From the human T2T-CHM13v2.0 reference genome, Homo sapiens: a DNA stretch of 64,000 nt. The notes below the pieces were generated by a model that saw only the letters and a list, made by a program, of their open reading frames with translations, was not told the DNA's origin and made no database searches. A program made the position numbers and the translations under genes. Position 1 is the first letter of the stretch; each line of letters starts with the position of its first letter. Positions 61,477-64,000 of this stretch are shown here, piece after piece. The stretch lies in assembly GCF_009914755.1 (NCBI RefSeq), contig NC_060934.1, one strand, 5' to 3'.

Positions 61477-62054
61477 ATCTAAAGGACAGCTTTAAATAGA
61501 TCTCTTGCTATTTGCCAAAGACGACTGGACAACTCTGTGCCATCTGCCAGGGATGTTGTAAATTATGTTTTAGGTTGCAGATTCTCCAGCAAAGTCCATG
61601 TCTTGGCCATCTTCAGTTGTCTGCATGTGATATTGTCATCACTCAAGTTGCACAAAATTATCAGAATCCTAATAATTTGTGCTTCCATCATTCCAGGAAT
61701 GGGCTTGCATCAAAGCAATTCAAATATCAGTGAGTATTTATTTTATTATTATGTCATTTATTTAAAATGACATGAAGAATTGGTATCTGTCCAAAATGTG
61801 GAGGGTTTTAATAGCTTTCGAACCAATCCATTTCATCAATGCTTTTTTTTTTTTTTTTTTTTTTTTTTTAGATTTTTCTTAATAGATGTGGTGAGTTGCA
61901 CTCAGGTTATTGACATTTCACAAAATATCAAGTTGATAACATTTCCATACTATTTATCAAATCTATGAATGGTGAACACAGTCTTTTTGCAGTTCTGTAA
62001 GAAATTAAAAGTGCTTTGAAACACTTTAAAATTGTTTAGAAAATTTGAGTCAGA

Positions 62055-62418
<364 letters not shown>

Positions 62419-62670
62419 TCATGCTTTTTCCTTTCCTTAATTCTAATGGGAAGAAGGAAAAAGGGAAAAGTAGACATACATTATTCTTGCTTTATTAACG
62501 TGGCCATTTATACAGAGAATGCTTTTATATAAGCTCAAAACAAGCCCAGAAAAGAGGTCAAATGAGCAAACAGGTATTTGGAATCTTAGGTTAATACCAT
62601 ACTTAACATATTAAGTTGTACACGGTAGTCAACATTTAAAAAAATGTACTATGCTCTTCTAAGAATTTTC

Positions 62671-62810
<140 letters not shown>

Positions 62811-62944
62811 GCTAATACAGTGAAATTTCCTATCAGTGAGAAGCCTGAACAGAGTAGAAGCATTTGAGGTCCAGCATACCTCTTAAAACGTTTGATTTTA
62901 ATCTTTCATTCTAATTATAAGTGTCTGGGAATTTTTTTAACCTT

Positions 62945-63476
62945 TGTTTCGGTTTGCTGGGCTTGTCATGGCCTGTTTGACCTCTGACCCACTGTAGCCT
63001 TTCCTTGCTTGGCTTTTGTTTGAAGGTGAAGTGAACACCTGTAGCCTGCTTTATCCACCAGATGTTGGCTTCCAGTTGGGTGTGGCGAATGGGAGGCTGG
63101 GTGGGAATTTAAAGGGCAGCGGAAGAATGGGGCAGATTATCCCCAGCCTGCTCTCCTCCCTATTCCCACCCCGCTATTTTATCTCAATTAGCTGCTTCCT
63201 ATCCTCAGTGGCTGCAATTTCCACCTGACAGGTTCATTGCTGCTTTAGCTACTGTTGTGTTATCCTGATCCCTGGATGCTGAGAACATCACTTCCACACT
63301 CTCTCCAGTCAAGGAGTGAGAGTGGCTTCCTTCTGTGCTAATAATGTCCAGGTTGACTCATTGTCCCATGCTTGACTTCTTCAAACACCACTGTAACCAA
63401 TTATTTTTACTATATTCCTTCTATTTTAACTGTTTAGAGTAGTTTCTGTCTTCCTTAAATACTCCTGAACAATATA
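62945..63476 (+). mobile_element. LTR33-like ERVL LTR
   Basis: TGGCTTCCAGTTGGGTGTGGCGAATGGGAGGC...TGTAACCAATT...AGAGTAGTTTCTGTCTTCC; 5' edge uncertain. Confidence 0.7.
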
Positions 63477-63559
63477 CTTGCCAGGAATGTGATAAGGAGT
63501 TTAAGAATTTTCTATACTTTAGCACAGAAGTGCAGTCTATTCATTTGGGGATAATAGGG

Positions 63560-64000
63560 GTACTGGGTTGAATAGTTTACCCCCAAAATTTATGTCAGCC
63601 TAAACCTCAGTATATGAATTTATTTGGAGATAGAATCTTTGTAGAAGTAATTAGTTAAAATGAGGTCATACTGAATTAGGGTGGGCTCTTAACCCAATGA
63701 CTAGAGTCCTTGTAAGAAGGTCATGTGAAGACTCAAAGATACACACAGAGAAAAGCCATGTGCAGGCAGATGCAGAGATCACAGTGATGTGTCTACAAGC
63801 CAAGGACCATCAAGGATTGCCAGCAACCACTAGAAGCTAGGAGAGGCATGGAACAGATTCTTCAGAGCTTCCAGAAGAAACCCATCCTCCAACACCTTGA
63901 TTTCAGACGTTTGGCTTCCAGAAGTGTAAGAGAATAAATTTCTGTTGTTTAAAGCCACCCAGTCTGAGCTATTTTGTTATGGTAGCCCCAGGAGACCAAT
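63560..64000 (+). mobile_element. MLT1C MaLR LTR (runs to the window end)
   Basis: AAAATGAGGTCATACTG, CTACAAGCCAAGGAC...CTAGAAGCTAGG, AGAATAAATTTCTGTTGTTTAAAGCCACCCAGT. Confidence 0.92.

Overview
This is AT-rich, CpG-depleted primate DNA, very likely human (AluY, AluS and AluJ, L1PA, THE1 and LTR14 are present). It reads as intergenic or deep-intronic: I found no protein-coding exon I can recognise, no CpG island, and no tRNA, rRNA or snRNA gene. Most of the window is transposable-element debris: about 25 Alu/FLAM copies, a nested L1 cluster (16.4-24.5 kb), L2 and MIR remnants, DNA transposon derivatives (MER1A, MER58A, MER5, Tigger2) and about 17 LTR elements. The largest is a ~5.4 kb ERV-L provirus remnant (gag, protease, RT/RNase H, dUTPase, 3' MLT2 LTR) that lacks its 5' LTR and its integrase. 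The ORF-track entries I can identify are Alu-, L1-, MER1A-, LTR- or ERVL-derived; the rest look like chance ORFs. I cannot support a new biological system here. The items most worth follow-up are a complex, CpG-rich inverted and duplicated Alu rearrangement (51.6-52.1 kb), several other template-switch or slippage scars, a candidate 15-nt micro-exon in a repeat-free block (30.9 kb), and LTRs with gained or lost DUX4/AP-1 motifs. Repeat subfamily names come from my recollection of consensus sequences, and boundaries without TSDs are approximate; both need RepeatMasker/Dfam confirmation.
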